64,000 nt of DNA from Candidatus Heimdallarchaeum aukensis (GTDB lineage: Archaea > Asgardarchaeota > Heimdallarchaeia > Heimdallarchaeales > Heimdallarchaeaceae): positions 1 to 64,000 of the forward strand of contig CP084166.1 in NCBI GenBank assembly GCA_021513695.1, written 5' to 3'. The position numbers were made by a program, and so were the translations under genes. Positions 27,801 to 38,400 of the stretch are shown here, one piece after another (position 1 is the stretch's first letter; each line of letters starts with the position of its first letter). A model generated the notes under the pieces. That model did not search any database. It was not told the origin of the DNA and saw only the letters and a program-made list of their open reading frames with translations.

Positions 27801-28801
27801 ACAAAAAAGAACTTAACTAATTCTCTCCTCTTGTGTTAGAGTTAGTTTTCCTTCTTTCTTTTTTGTCTCTCGTGGAGTGAAGAAAGAAAGAAAAACTTTC
27901 TTTTCTTCTTTATGATTCCCACGATTCGTGTATGATGTCTGTCTCAACCCCTTCATAGCATTGTATGGCTTGGTTGAGTTCAAGAGATTAAACTCCTTCT
28001 GTTTTTTCTCTTGCAAGACAGAGTGCGAAAAACTTTACGTAAGAAAGTAAATCATGTTGAATGAGCAAAGATTATATAATGTGTATGACCTTTTTGTCGT
28101 TGTAGGTTATCCTAAACACATTCGCGAGGAGAAAGGAAAGAGAAAAAGTACTCATAAGTTTCGTAGAAAACTTCATCAGTGGAACTTTTCTCTTGTTCTT
28201 GCCCTTCTTCGTCGAGCATTGATACTTCGAGGATTTGAACCTCACCAAATATTAACGATAGAAGAAAGAGGGACATCCTCTCACTGTACTCGTTGCGGGA
28301 GGAAAGTTATCCGTCCCGTTAGAGGTTTAGTCCATTGCTCTTCTTGCAATTACACTTTCCACTCTGACCTCACAGGAGCAATGAATATCGCTCGTAAGTT
28401 CCTTGGTGCTCTTTTCCGTCCTCAAGGAAACACTATCACTGATTACCTCACTGGTCATAAATTCGGTCTCACTCATTTCACTGTTTGCCGAGGGCTCAGC
28501 CATTGGTTGCAGCCCCATTAGACAAAAAAGAACTTAACTAATTCTCTCCTCTTGTGTTAGAGTTAGTTTTCCTTCTTTCTTTTTTGTCTCTCGTGGAGTG
28601 AAGAAAGAAAGAAAAACTTTCTTTTCTTCTTTATGATTCCCACGATTCGTGTATGATGTCTGTCTCAACCCCTTCATAGCATTGTATGGCTTGGTTGAGT
28701 TCAAGAGATTAAACTCCTTCTGTTTTTTCTCTTGCAAGACAGAGTGCGAAAAACTTTACGTAAGAAAGTAAATCATGTTGAATGAGCAAAGATTATATAA
28801 T
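27360..28801 (+). repeat. perfect head-to-tail tandem duplication, 2 x 721 bp (27360..28080 and 28081..28801)
   Basis: Both reverse-strand ORF pairs (27606..27797 with 28327..28518, and 27813..28016 with 28534..28737) are identical at offset 721. I compared the unit ends base by base at the three junctions. Confidence 0.9.
28081..28521 (+). pseudogene. truncated tnpB 3' fragment (C-terminal ~147 codons) created by the tandem duplication
   Basis: Translation is identical to TnpB from 'VYDLFVVVGYPKH...' to the stop. It lacks the N-terminal two-thirds, including RuvC-I. Confidence 0.7.
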
Positions 28802-28836
28802 ACTTCTTTGACAAGTACTCAATTACTTTTAAAGAA

Positions 28837-30081
28837 GTGAAAAGAATGGTAAAGAGAAATCCAACACAATTTTTAGTTGACGAATACAAAAAAATTCAAG
28901 CTGAAGGAAGAGAGTGGGTTCATAGAAAATTAGAGACTCCATCTGTTCCTGAAGTAGTTGTAGATGGAAAGAAATTGCTAATGTTATGTTCAAATAACTA
29001 CTTGAACTTAAGTAATCACCCTCACTTGAAAAAAAGAGCTATTGAAGCAATAGAACAGCTAGGTGTAGGTTCTGGTTCTGTAAGAGCTATTGCGGGAAAC
29101 ATGGCAATTCATGAAGAATGGGAGCAAAAACATGCAGAGTTCAAAGAACAAGAAGCAGCAGTTGTATTTATGAGCGGTTTTATAGCAAATGAAGGTGCTA
29201 TTCCTCCCCTAGTTAGAAAAGATGACTTTATAATTAGTGATGAATTAAACCATGGTTCAATTATCGATGGTGTAAGATTAACAAAAACTCAAAGATCAAT
29301 TTACAAACATTGTGACATGGGTGATCTTGAAAAAAGATTGCAAGAAGCAGATAAGGCAGACCCTAACGGGGAAAAAAGAATTCTAGTTCTAACAGATGGA
29401 GTTTTCTCCATGGATGGAGATATGGCTCCTTTAGATGAAATACAAAAACTTTGTGAAGAATATGGAGCGATGATTTATGTAGATGACGCTCATGGTGACG
29501 GAGTTCTAGGAAGAGATAAGAAAGGAAAAGGAATAGTTGACCACTTTGGATTACAAGGAAAGGTACATGTAGAACTTAATACCTATTCTAAAGCAATGGG
29601 TGTAGTCGGTGGAGCAATAACTGGTTCTAAAGACCTTGCAATGTATTTGAAAAACACTGCTCGTTCTTACTTATTAAGTGGTTCTCAACCTCCATCTGTT
29701 GCTGGAGCTGCAATTGGTGCTCTTGAAGTACTAGATCCAAAATCCAAGTATTTCGAACCAGTAGTAGCAAAACTGTTAGATAACTGTGATTACTTCAAGA
29801 AAGAAATAGTAAATATTGGTTTTAACCATGAAATCACCGCTGCTGCAGCAAAATGTCCAACAGCTATCGTTCCTGTAATCTGTGGAGAAAATGATGTTGC
29901 AAGAAAAATGAGTGATAGATTGATAGAAGAAGGAATATTTGCTCTACCAATAGTATTTCCAATGGTTCCTCGAGGAACAGCAAGAATACGTGTTATGATG
30001 AACGCAGGACTAACAAAAGAACAGTTGGATCTAGCTCTTGGTAAGTTTGAAGATATCGGTAGAGAATTAAAAATATTCTAA
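28837..30081 (+). CDS. kbl: 2-amino-3-ketobutyrate CoA ligase / 8-amino-7-oxononanoate synthase family (class II aminotransferase, Kbl-like)
   Basis: Strong matches to Kbl: 'ISDELNHGSIIDGVRL', 'TDGVFSMDG', 'VDDAHGDGVLG', 'TYSKAMGVVGG' (PLP Lys). Confidence 0.8.
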   Translation: MKRMVKRNPTQFLVDEYKKIQAEGREWVHRKLETPSVPEVVVDGKKLLMLCSNNYLNLSNHPHLKKRAIEAIEQLGVGSGSVRAIAGNMAIHEEWEQKHAEFKEQEAAVVFMSGFIANEGAIPPLVRKDDFIISDELNHGSIIDGVRLTKTQRSIYKHCDMGDLEKRLQEADKADPNGEKRILVLTDGVFSMDGDMAPLDEIQKLCEEYGAMIYVDDAHGDGVLGRDKKGKGIVDHFGLQGKVHVELNTYSKAMGVVGGAITGSKDLAMYLKNTARSYLLSGSQPPSVAGAAIGALEVLDPKSKYFEPVVAKLLDNCDYFKKEIVNIGFNHEITAAAAKCPTAIVPVICGENDVARKMSDRLIEEGIFALPIVFPMVPRGTARIRVMMNAGLTKEQLDLALGKFEDIGRELKIF

Positions 30082-30168
30082 TTCTACTTTTTTCTCAATC
30101 TTTTTTTTTGCTCAAAAATAGAGAAATAAAAGTAATAAAATAGATTGGTTCTTTTGAAAATTTCTTTG

Positions 30169-31116
30169 TTACTTCTTGAACTTGATATTCGAATATTGAT
30201 ATTCTACACTTTGTAATCTAATACTCTTAAATTCTTCTGTAGCTTCTTTTTTTGCTTTCAAAGCCATTGCTGAATTTCTTAATGATCTCTTTCTTTTTTT
30301 GCTGTTCAAATATAGTGTTATCGCTGCAATAAATGCTGCAACAGCTAAGATAAAGATAGTTCCATTATCTCTCTTTAAACCCGTGAGAATAAATGTAAGC
30401 GTAACTTGGTGGCTATTTTCGTCATCTGATCTTATACACAGCCAGTATTTTGAATCATCATCAATTGTAAATTTTCTTAGAAAAGTTCCTGTAGTAACTG
30501 TATATGTATCCGAATAAATTTTCCAATCTTCAACAACTTCAGGATCAGCTAAAGCTACGTAAACTTTAACGATACCAAATCCTCCAATAAAGTCAATGTA
30601 TGCATCATAATCTCCATAAGTTAAAGATTCAAGCGAAATAATATAATCATCATTGTTTGCTGTAATTTGCCAACAAACTGAATTGTTTTCTGTTGTATAT
30701 TTTTCTGAACTCTCTTTTATCAAATCTTCTGCCTCTACGATCAAAGTAATGCTTATAGTTTTTGCTTCTTGATTTTTTATCAAGATTGTATAATTACCTA
30801 CTCCAATAAAGTGAAAAAGAATACTATTCACCGACCTTCTATTTACAATTTCAGAACCTGTTTGATTTGTTAAGGTAAAAGAGAAAGCTAAATTCTCAGA
30901 TGTTGTTATCTTAATTGTTCCTAAGAAAGTATTTTTTTTTCCTATTACATATTTGAATTCATCATTAGGGTCAATAGAAATTCCATTCTTATCGCCCAAT
31001 GTGATACGAATTGGAAGTAAAAGAAGGATTGTAAAAACAGCAAAGAATATAATTCGAGTTTTATTTTGACTCAACTTAATCCCTCTTAATGTTCTTATAA
31101 TATCTTTATTAAACAA
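30169..31116 (-). CDS. secreted/membrane-anchored protein (hypothetical), N-terminal signal anchor and C-terminal TM plus basic tail
   Basis: The N-terminal hydrophobic segment 'IIFFAVFTILLLLPI' and the C-terminal 'IFILAVAAFIAAITLYLNSKKRKR' are both membrane-like. Confidence 0.4.
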   Translation of the reverse strand: MFNKDIIRTLRGIKLSQNKTRIIFFAVFTILLLLPIRITLGDKNGISIDPNDEFKYVIGKKNTFLGTIKITTSENLAFSFTLTNQTGSEIVNRRSVNSILFHFIGVGNYTILIKNQEAKTISITLIVEAEDLIKESSEKYTTENNSVCWQITANNDDYIISLESLTYGDYDAYIDFIGGFGIVKVYVALADPEVVEDWKIYSDTYTVTTGTFLRKFTIDDDSKYWLCIRSDDENSHQVTLTFILTGLKRDNGTIFILAVAAFIAAITLYLNSKKRKRSLRNSAMALKAKKEATEEFKSIRLQSVEYQYSNIKFKK

Positions 31117-31152
31117 GCTATGATATATTCATATTTATAAACCTATTCTTAT

Positions 31153-32172
31153 CTTAAGAAGCATGTCCAAAAATTCTTTTTCACCTACTAAACGGTCCGA
31201 AGGAGTAAAAGGTAGTTGTAACAGAGGAGAGAACTGTACAAGGTAGAGAGGATGGTGGAGGGTAAACGATCAAGGATTGGGGGAAGAGAGAGTTTGAGGA
31301 GACCAAAGACGTGTTCGATACTACTACGATACTCGGGGTGATAATTATGATAAACGATACAGACCAGGGCAGAGACGATGAGCTTGAATTATTGGTTCGA
31401 GGGGAGGAGGAGAGGGATAACGAGCATTACTTTTTGGGGGAATAACAGGAAAAAAAGAATGTTGGCTAAGAAGACCGACGATATTTTCTGTCCAGTAGGC
31501 ACAGTCTCCATAAAATCGCAGGAAAGGTCTCAAGAGTGCAGAAGGAAGTTTCTGCCAGAGCAAACCGAAGACTTTACTATCGTGAGTGTTACTAGCAGAA
31601 TGAGCAAGAGAGACTATAGCTCGAGAGGGTAAACCAACTATAAGGTGTATCTTCCAGAAAAGTTTGGAGGTTTTCTTTAGTCCTCCTCTTGCCCACTTGA
31701 GAAAACGCCAAACAGAAGCTTGACGAATTTTAAACCCTGAACTATCCACCGCCATAGCTTTCAACCCTTTTTTCCTTACTATTTCCCTACCTAAATCTAT
31801 TATCCACCGCTCCAGCAACTCACTTTCTGTCGCTCTCCACACTGCATGAAAAGTAGATTTGGAAGGAATCTTCTTCATCCACCCCTCTTCTATCAAAAAA
31901 GCGCATAAAGACAACTTTTCCTCTAACTTCCTCCAAGCAATTCCTTCTATTCTCGCAATAATTGCTAAAGCCAGTATCACCCACCTTTCTGCTATTCTTT
32001 TTCTCCCTCTCTTACTTTCTCTCGGTTCCTCTTTCACCAGTTTCTTAAGGAAAGGTTCATTAATGCTTATGAATTCTCTTGCTTTGTGGGGGTCTATGAT
32101 CTGAAAGTAAGCCATACTTCCGACATAAACCCCCACATTAATAAAAATTAATTTTTGGGCATGCTTCTTAAG
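31153..32172 (-). mobile_element. IS5/IS4-like insertion sequence (~1.0 kb) with 13-bp terminal inverted repeats
   Basis: 'cttaagaagcatg' (31153..31165) and its reverse complement 'catgcttcttaag' (32160..32172) flank a DDE transposase gene. The region has a purine-rich tract and higher GC than the neighbouring sequence. Confidence 0.55.
31345..32136 (-). CDS. DDE transposase, IS4/IS5 family
   Basis: Three DDE-like segments: 'AVDSSGF', 'NTHDSKVF', 'YGDCAY'. Basic N-terminal part. Confidence 0.65.
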   Translation of the reverse strand: MGVYVGSMAYFQIIDPHKAREFISINEPFLKKLVKEEPRESKRGRKRIAERWVILALAIIARIEGIAWRKLEEKLSLCAFLIEEGWMKKIPSKSTFHAVWRATESELLERWIIDLGREIVRKKGLKAMAVDSSGFKIRQASVWRFLKWARGGLKKTSKLFWKIHLIVGLPSRAIVSLAHSASNTHDSKVFGLLWQKLPSALLRPFLRFYGDCAYWTENIVGLLSQHSFFPVIPPKSNARYPSPPPLEPIIQAHRLCPGLYRLS

Positions 32173-32258
32173 TTGATTAATGATCTATCTTAAAATTATT
32201 CTTTTTAATTATCTAATTAATAGAAAATATTAATATATAAGGTGGAAATAAACTGAAT

Positions 32259-35147
32259 ATGGCTATCAAAACCAAAAAAAACTCCACAAAGAAGAATTTA
32301 ATTACTGTTTTTGTAATTTTCTTGGTTTGTTTTAGTTTTATAAATTGTTTAACCTCTAACTTGTTAACTGTAGTAGCTTCAGGAAGCGGAGATTTTCCAC
32401 CTCCAAGTAGTGGAGAATGGACAATATCTCAAGAAACAATAGTTAATTCTGAAGTTATTTATATTAATGATTCAGTTTCAATAGAAAGTGGAGGATCTTT
32501 AGTATTAGAAAATTGTGTAATAGAAATGAATGGTAATGAAGATGACAAAGCTAATTTTATAGTTAATAATAATGGTAATCTTACAATAATTAATTCTAAA
32601 ATAGAAGCTTTTTCTGATTATTCATGGTACATCGAAGCAGAAGAAGGAGCTTCACTTAAAATTACTGACTCAACCCTAATAAACTTCAAAGGAAGCCAAT
32701 ATACATCAGTAATTACACTCTATAACAATTATTCTGAAATTACAAACAATAGTATCTCAAACTTCAAATATAAAGCCATTTTTGCTAGATTTACTAGTCA
32801 TCATAATAATATTACAAAAAACAAAATAAGTGGAGGGCTTGTTGGTTTTGAAGTAGTCGATGGATGGTACAACGAGATAAATGATAATGAGTTTCACTTA
32901 CTATCACAATTTGCGATTGCTATTAATAATGGTAGTTTTTCAAATATTCTTCGAAATAAAATATTTAATGTTTCTTCTATCGCAATCAATTTCCAAAAAT
33001 CAAAGAATGTTTTATGCAATAACAACAATATTTCTACGTCTAAAACTGCAATTGAGTGCTATTCAATCTATAATAGTAGTATCTCTAATAATATGTTCTC
33101 TAATATTCATGATTATTCAATTAGAGTATATACAGGGAATAATGTCACAATATCAAACAATTCAATTGATAATAGCGATTTAGCAAAAGGCATTATTAAT
33201 TCAGCTATTAGCCTGAGTGCGTGTAATAATTTTTCTATTAATGAAAATTCAATAATAAATACCCCAAGAACAGCTCTAGAAATTTTAAGTTCAACAAATT
33301 GTAGAATTTTTAACAATGTTTTTTCCATTAATAATTACTCTATCTTTATCTCTAGTTCTAATTATCTTGAAATTAAAAACAATTTACTATCTTATTCGAA
33401 TGATTATTCTATGTGGTTTATTAAATCAGATTTTTCATTGTTTGAAAACAACACAGTTAATTTTGGTCAATCTTGTGGAATTAGACTAAGTAGCTGTAAC
33501 AATAATTCTATATTAAGGAACATCATATTCAATAATAGTAAATATGGTATCGATATTTCTTCAAGTAATAATAATACGATACTGGAAAATGTTTTTGTTT
33601 TAAACAATAATGGTTCTATTCAAGCTTATGATAATGGATTAAATAATAGCTGGTATAGTAATTTAGAATCTGTTGGTAATTTTTGGAGTGATAATAATGG
33701 ATCATCTTTCTATTTAATAAATGGTGAATCAGGTTCTATGGATATTTTTGCGAATTATTCTGATTACGATAAAGATTTTATTCCTGATTATTATGAACTT
33801 GAAGTTGGTTTAGATATAACAATAAATGATGCTAATGACGACTTAGATGGGGATGGTTTGTCAAACTTCGAAGAATTTACTCTGGGTACTTTTCCTAATG
33901 ATCCTGATAGCGATGATGATGGTTTAATTGATTCAGTAGAAGTAGACTTGAAAACTGATCCTATGTCTAATGATACAGACAATGACAACCTTATTGATGG
34001 GTTAGAAATTCAATATGGATGTGACCCCTTTTCAAATGATACAGACATGGATGGACTAGATGACTGGTCAGAGATATTCTACTACTTCACTGACCCTTTA
34101 GATTATGACACTGATGGTGATGGGTTATCTGACTCTGATGAAGTTTATGCATATAATACAGACCCATTGGACGCTGACACTGATGATGATGGCTTAAATG
34201 ATGTAACTGAAGTACTAGGTTATGGTACTGATCCCAATGATGCAGATACAGATGGAGATGGATTAACAGATTACGAAGAAGTGATTGAATATTTTACTGA
34301 TCCTACGGATGTTGATACTGATGGTGATGGTTTAACAGATTATGAAGAGGTAAAATATTATGGAACAAATCCTAGGAAAGCTGACACTGATGGTGATGGA
34401 ATTTCTGACAATGATGAATTAATTCAAGGAAAAGATCCATTAGTCAATGAGAAACAAAGAAATGTAAGGATAATAATTATTGTATTTTCTGCTTTAGGTT
34501 CTGGTATACTGTTTATAGGATTAACTGTGCTGTTGATACTATTCCTGATAGAAAAGAACAAAAATAAAGAACAAGCATTGTTATCCCTTTTCAAGAAAAA
34601 AATTAGAGAACTAGAAAAGAAAATTAATATTATTGAAACAACAAAAATTGAAGAACTTATGTCTAAGACAGAAGAAAGAGCGAAAATTGATACTTTTTTC
34701 AATGAATTCCTTGAGGTTTTAGTGGACTTCGCAACATATTTTCTGGAAAATGAGGAATTAATTGAGAATAAAAAATGGTTACAAGCCAAAAAGAAGCTAA
34801 ATGAAGAATTAGATAAAGTGAGAGATTGGATTAATAAAAATCTACGTGCTCTAAAGGAATATGATATTTATGACAAACTAGTAAACCAGATAGATGGATT
34901 AGAAAATAAAGAAGAAATTAAGATTAGCAAGTTAGAAGCTTATAAGGAGATTGAAATTGCAAAAGGTATTTTGAGAGAATTCAAAAAAGTAGTAGAGAAA
35001 ACTTCTCCTTTTATCAACAAATTTTCCTATTCTACTTTAACTAAATATTGGGAGATTACAACTGAACTTATATTTGCTAATATGACACAGCTAGAAAAAA
35101 TTGAGGAAAAAATAAAAGATCTACTGGAAAGAGAGAAAACTCTATAA
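32259..35147 (+). CDS. large type-I membrane surface protein: signal peptide, parallel beta-helix (PbH1/NosD-like) repeats, thrombospondin-type-3-like Ca-binding repeats, TM helix, ~210-aa cytoplasmic coiled-coil tail
   Basis: N-terminal signal '[14 protein letters not shown]'. Repeated 'N-x-I-x-N-N' beta-helix rungs. About 10 '[12 protein letters not shown]'-type repeats. TM '[27 protein letters not shown]'. C-terminal K/E-rich heptads. Confidence 0.7.
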   Translation: MAIKTKKNSTKKNLITVFVIFLVCFSFINCLTSNLLTVVASGSGDFPPPSSGEWTISQETIVNSEVIYINDSVSIESGGSLVLENCVIEMNGNEDDKANFIVNNNGNLTIINSKIEAFSDYSWYIEAEEGASLKITDSTLINFKGSQYTSVITLYNNYSEITNNSISNFKYKAIFARFTSHHNNITKNKISGGLVGFEVVDGWYNEINDNEFHLLSQFAIAINNGSFSNILRNKIFNVSSIAINFQKSKNVLCNNNNISTSKTAIECYSIYNSSISNNMFSNIHDYSIRVYTGNNVTISNNSIDNSDLAKGIINSAISLSACNNFSINENSIINTPRTALEILSSTNCRIFNNVFSINNYSIFISSSNYLEIKNNLLSYSNDYSMWFIKSDFSLFENNTVNFGQSCGIRLSSCNNNSILRNIIFNNSKYGIDISSSNNNTILENVFVLNNNGSIQAYDNGLNNSWYSNLESVGNFWSDNNGSSFYLINGESGSMDIFANYSDYDKDFIPDYYELEVGLDITINDANDDLDGDGLSNFEEFTLGTFPNDPDSDDDGLIDSVEVDLKTDPMSNDTDNDNLIDGLEIQYGCDPFSNDTDMDGLDDWSEIFYYFTDPLDYDTDGDGLSDSDEVYAYNTDPLDADTDDDGLNDVTEVLGYGTDPNDADTDGDGLTDYEEVIEYFTDPTDVDTDGDGLTDYEEVKYYGTNPRKADTDGDGISDNDELIQGKDPLVNEKQRNVRIIIIVFSALGSGILFIGLTVLLILFLIEKNKNKEQALLSLFKKKIRELEKKINIIETTKIEELMSKTEERAKIDTFFNEFLEVLVDFATYFLENEELIENKKWLQAKKKLNEELDKVRDWINKNLRALKEYDIYDKLVNQIDGLENKEEIKISKLEAYKEIEIAKGILREFKKVVEKTSPFINKFSYSTLTKYWEITTELIFANMTQLEKIEEKIKDLLEREKTL

Positions 35148-35497
35148 TCTTAATGTTGTTTTTTTCTATTTTTCTTCTTTTACTATTTCTTTTTTAGTTA
35201 AATATTAATTTTAAACTTTGTAACTAGTTTTTCTTGAGAAAGGACTCTTCTCCAGTGAAAAAAACCATCTTCTTGGAATTTGGTCATAATAAAAACATAC
35301 TACCTTTTCGGCAATGGAAATTACCTTTTTTTCCTCTGAAAAGTGGATGCAAATTTATTTATGTGAAGTACTCATTAACCGTCCTAAACGTTTTTTCAAT
35401 GTTCTACCTATGTTTACAAAATATCAGAAATATGTAAAAAGAATAATAAAAGCAAAATAAAAGTAAAAAGAACAAGAAAAAAAGATATAAAAAGATA

Positions 35498-38400
35498 TTA
35501 TTTTCTAGATCTATTTGTTTTTATTGCAAGAATGGTCAAGCCTAAGAGTCCTAGAACGAAATAGAGGAAACTGAATGGATTTTTGGTTGTAGTCTCTTCT
35601 GGATGACTGTTTGAGTCAATAGGGTTAAAACCATTAGACGCTTCGTATCCATCAGTCCAACCATCTCCATCAGTGTCATTATTATGAGGATCAGTATTCC
35701 AATAGAATTCATCTCTATTAGTTAAACCATCTTCATCAGGATCTTCATTAGCATCATCTACTAAAGGATCTAAGTTGTTGTCTACTTCCCAACCATCAGG
35801 CATACCATCATCGTCGGTATCACTGTCAGTAGGGTCGGTGTTATTTGTATATTCTCCTAGATTTGATAAACCATCACTGTCTTTATCATCAGACCCATCA
35901 TCTGTTAATGGGTTTAATTCATATTTTAGTTCCCATCCATCGTCCATTCCATCTCCATCAGTATCTGCGTCAGTGCTTTGAGTGCCTAAAACTACATCTT
36001 CAAGGATATCATCTAAACCGTCTCCATCTATATCAGTTCCACTTATTGGATAAAGATCGACTGAAGAAGCCGTTCCTTGAATATTGGTATAAGTTCCTGT
36101 TGTTCCATTGTAGTCTGACCAATAGTTACCTACTTTTATTTCATCATTATACCATAGATTATTTGACCCATCATCTATAGCTAAAGTAATTTGGTCAAAG
36201 AATAAATAAGAAGCTGAAACGAAATAATTTTGATAGATTAGAGCATTAGAAATCGTAGAAGATAGTGAGATTAAGCAATAAATTTGCCTAATTTCTCCAT
36301 TAATATCAATTATGTCGAATATTTTATTGTACGTAATAATTGCTCCATCAATATCTCCATCTAAACGAATCCCTGCATTAGATACCGTGTTTTCTATGAT
36401 ATTTATAACATTTCTAGTAATCTCGAGATTTTCCCATTGTCCACGAATGTATATTCCTATAGTTCCTCCAGAATTTATTTCATTGTTGTCTATAACAAAA
36501 TTATTTCCTCCATCATTGGCGAAATAAATACCACTGTAAGATGATCCTAGATTTGTTGTTATTTGGTTATATGAGATAGTTATATTGTTGAAGATATTAC
36601 CACTAGCAACATAAATTCCTTTATTACAGTTGCTTATTTGGCTATTAGTTATTATTACATTGTCTACTTTTCTAGCATAATCAGCATAAAGTTCAATTCC
36701 TGAATCTACATTGGAGATGATGGTGTTATTTATTATTAAGCCGTCTGCGGCATAGACATCAATAGCGATTTCTTCATAATTTGATATTATTACATTTTTT
36801 ATTGTAAGATTTTCACTATCAAAAATATATATTGCTTTTGTTGATGTACCATCATGTAAATTTAGGTCTTCAAGAAAAACATTTTTTGAAGTATCAATAC
36901 TTATACTTCCATGTTCAATCTCTGCATTTACAAAAGTAATATTGGTAACTTCGTAAAAGTTTGAGGTACCTGAAAGGGTGTTACTTGTTATTTCGAAATT
37001 ACTAGAATAAGAAATGTAAAACGAGGTATTGGATGACAATATAGCATTATTTGTTATTTCTGTGAACTTTTCTGGCAGATTTGCAATAGTAAAAGCTCTA
37101 TCTACATTTTCAATATAATTGTTGGTAATGTATGTATTTCCTTCCAAAGCGTTACCATAAGAGGAAGTTATTGTGAAAACTTTTTCTGAATCTGAAATAT
37201 CGTTATTATCAAAAGTGACATTACCCACGTAAATTAGATCAAAAGCGGTATTATTAGCGTCTACTATCTCATTATTCACTATTGTAATATTATCATTTAT
37301 TACATAATTTGTGTTATATTTTTTATTTATATCAAGACCGTAAGATACACCTTCTATTATGTTATCTTTAAAAGTCAGAGTAATATTTGCAGTAGTAGAA
37401 TAATCTAAACACATTCCTTTATTTGCTTCATTAATAGTATTTCCTGTCACATTTAATGATTTCGTGTCATATACTATAATTCCATTATAGGCGTTGATAA
37501 ACTCGTTAGAAATTATAATTATTTCTTCATCAGCATATTGATCAATAGGATTCATAATATAAATCGCATTATCGTAAATATTTTCGAAACCGTTACCGGA
37601 AACAGTAATACTTTTTGAATCTTTAATTAAAATTCCTAAATCTGTATTTGATATAGAAAGTGATTTAATGTTAATATTAGTACAATCAATTAGAAATATC
37701 TGACCATAAATGTTAGTGTCAATATTTTTCGTATCGTTGCTAACAAAATAACCTACTTCTTTATTATTTACTTTGTTTCCCTTTACTATTATTGTATTAG
37801 CTTTTTCTTTAAGTGGTGCTAAAAACATCCCATCATTTACTAAAGTATTATTAACAATCTCAATAGTATCTGTTGTTTCCTTAGCAAGATAGATTCCATA
37901 TCCTTTATTTGACTCTATTGAATTATTTGCTATTATTTCATCATTTGATCCACCATTAATTAACAATCCAATATCATCGTTATTATTTATTGAATTATTT
38001 GCAATAGTAATAAAGTCTCCAGTAATATCTATACCTTTATTGTTGAATGAACAGTTATTTCCAGTTATAATTACGTTGTTTGAACCAGTTGAATAAATCC
38101 CTGCGTTACTATTAGATGAACAGGTATTATTTGCAATTATTGCGTTATTAACACCGTAAATGTTTATTCCATTATTACTTCCTGTTATGGTATTATTTAT
38201 TATCTTCTGACTATTAGTCATATAAACATTAATTCCATCTTCATTTCCACTTACAGTGTTTGATTCAATAGTTGCGATTCCATCAGCCACAGATACAATA
38301 TATATTCCCTTTCTAGATGCTTCAATAGAACAATTGACTATCTTAAAGTAAGCTGTTACGCTTAAACTATGAATATAAATTCCATAGTCTGATGATGTCT

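Larger units (their letters stand above)
26215..28801 (+). mobile_element. IS200/IS605-family (tnpB-only, IS1341-like) element with tandemly duplicated right end; left boundary uncertain
   Basis: GC content is noticeably above the flanks. It encodes TnpB and no TnpA. It sits between the divergent 990-aa gene and kbl. The right end is taken as the end of the duplicated unit (28801). Confidence 0.5.

Noticed and set aside
27606-28016. Small reverse-strand ORFs downstream of tnpB (27606..27797, 27813..28016, and their duplicates)
   Set aside because: They lie antisense over the tnpB C-terminus and in the probable omegaRNA/right-end region. The translations are low-complexity, and they are more likely non-coding RNA or IS-end sequence.
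35234-35437. 67-aa ORF in the spacer between the two convergent surface-protein genes
   Set aside because: Short, hydrophobic and low-complexity, and it sits in a convergent terminator region. No support for it as a gene.
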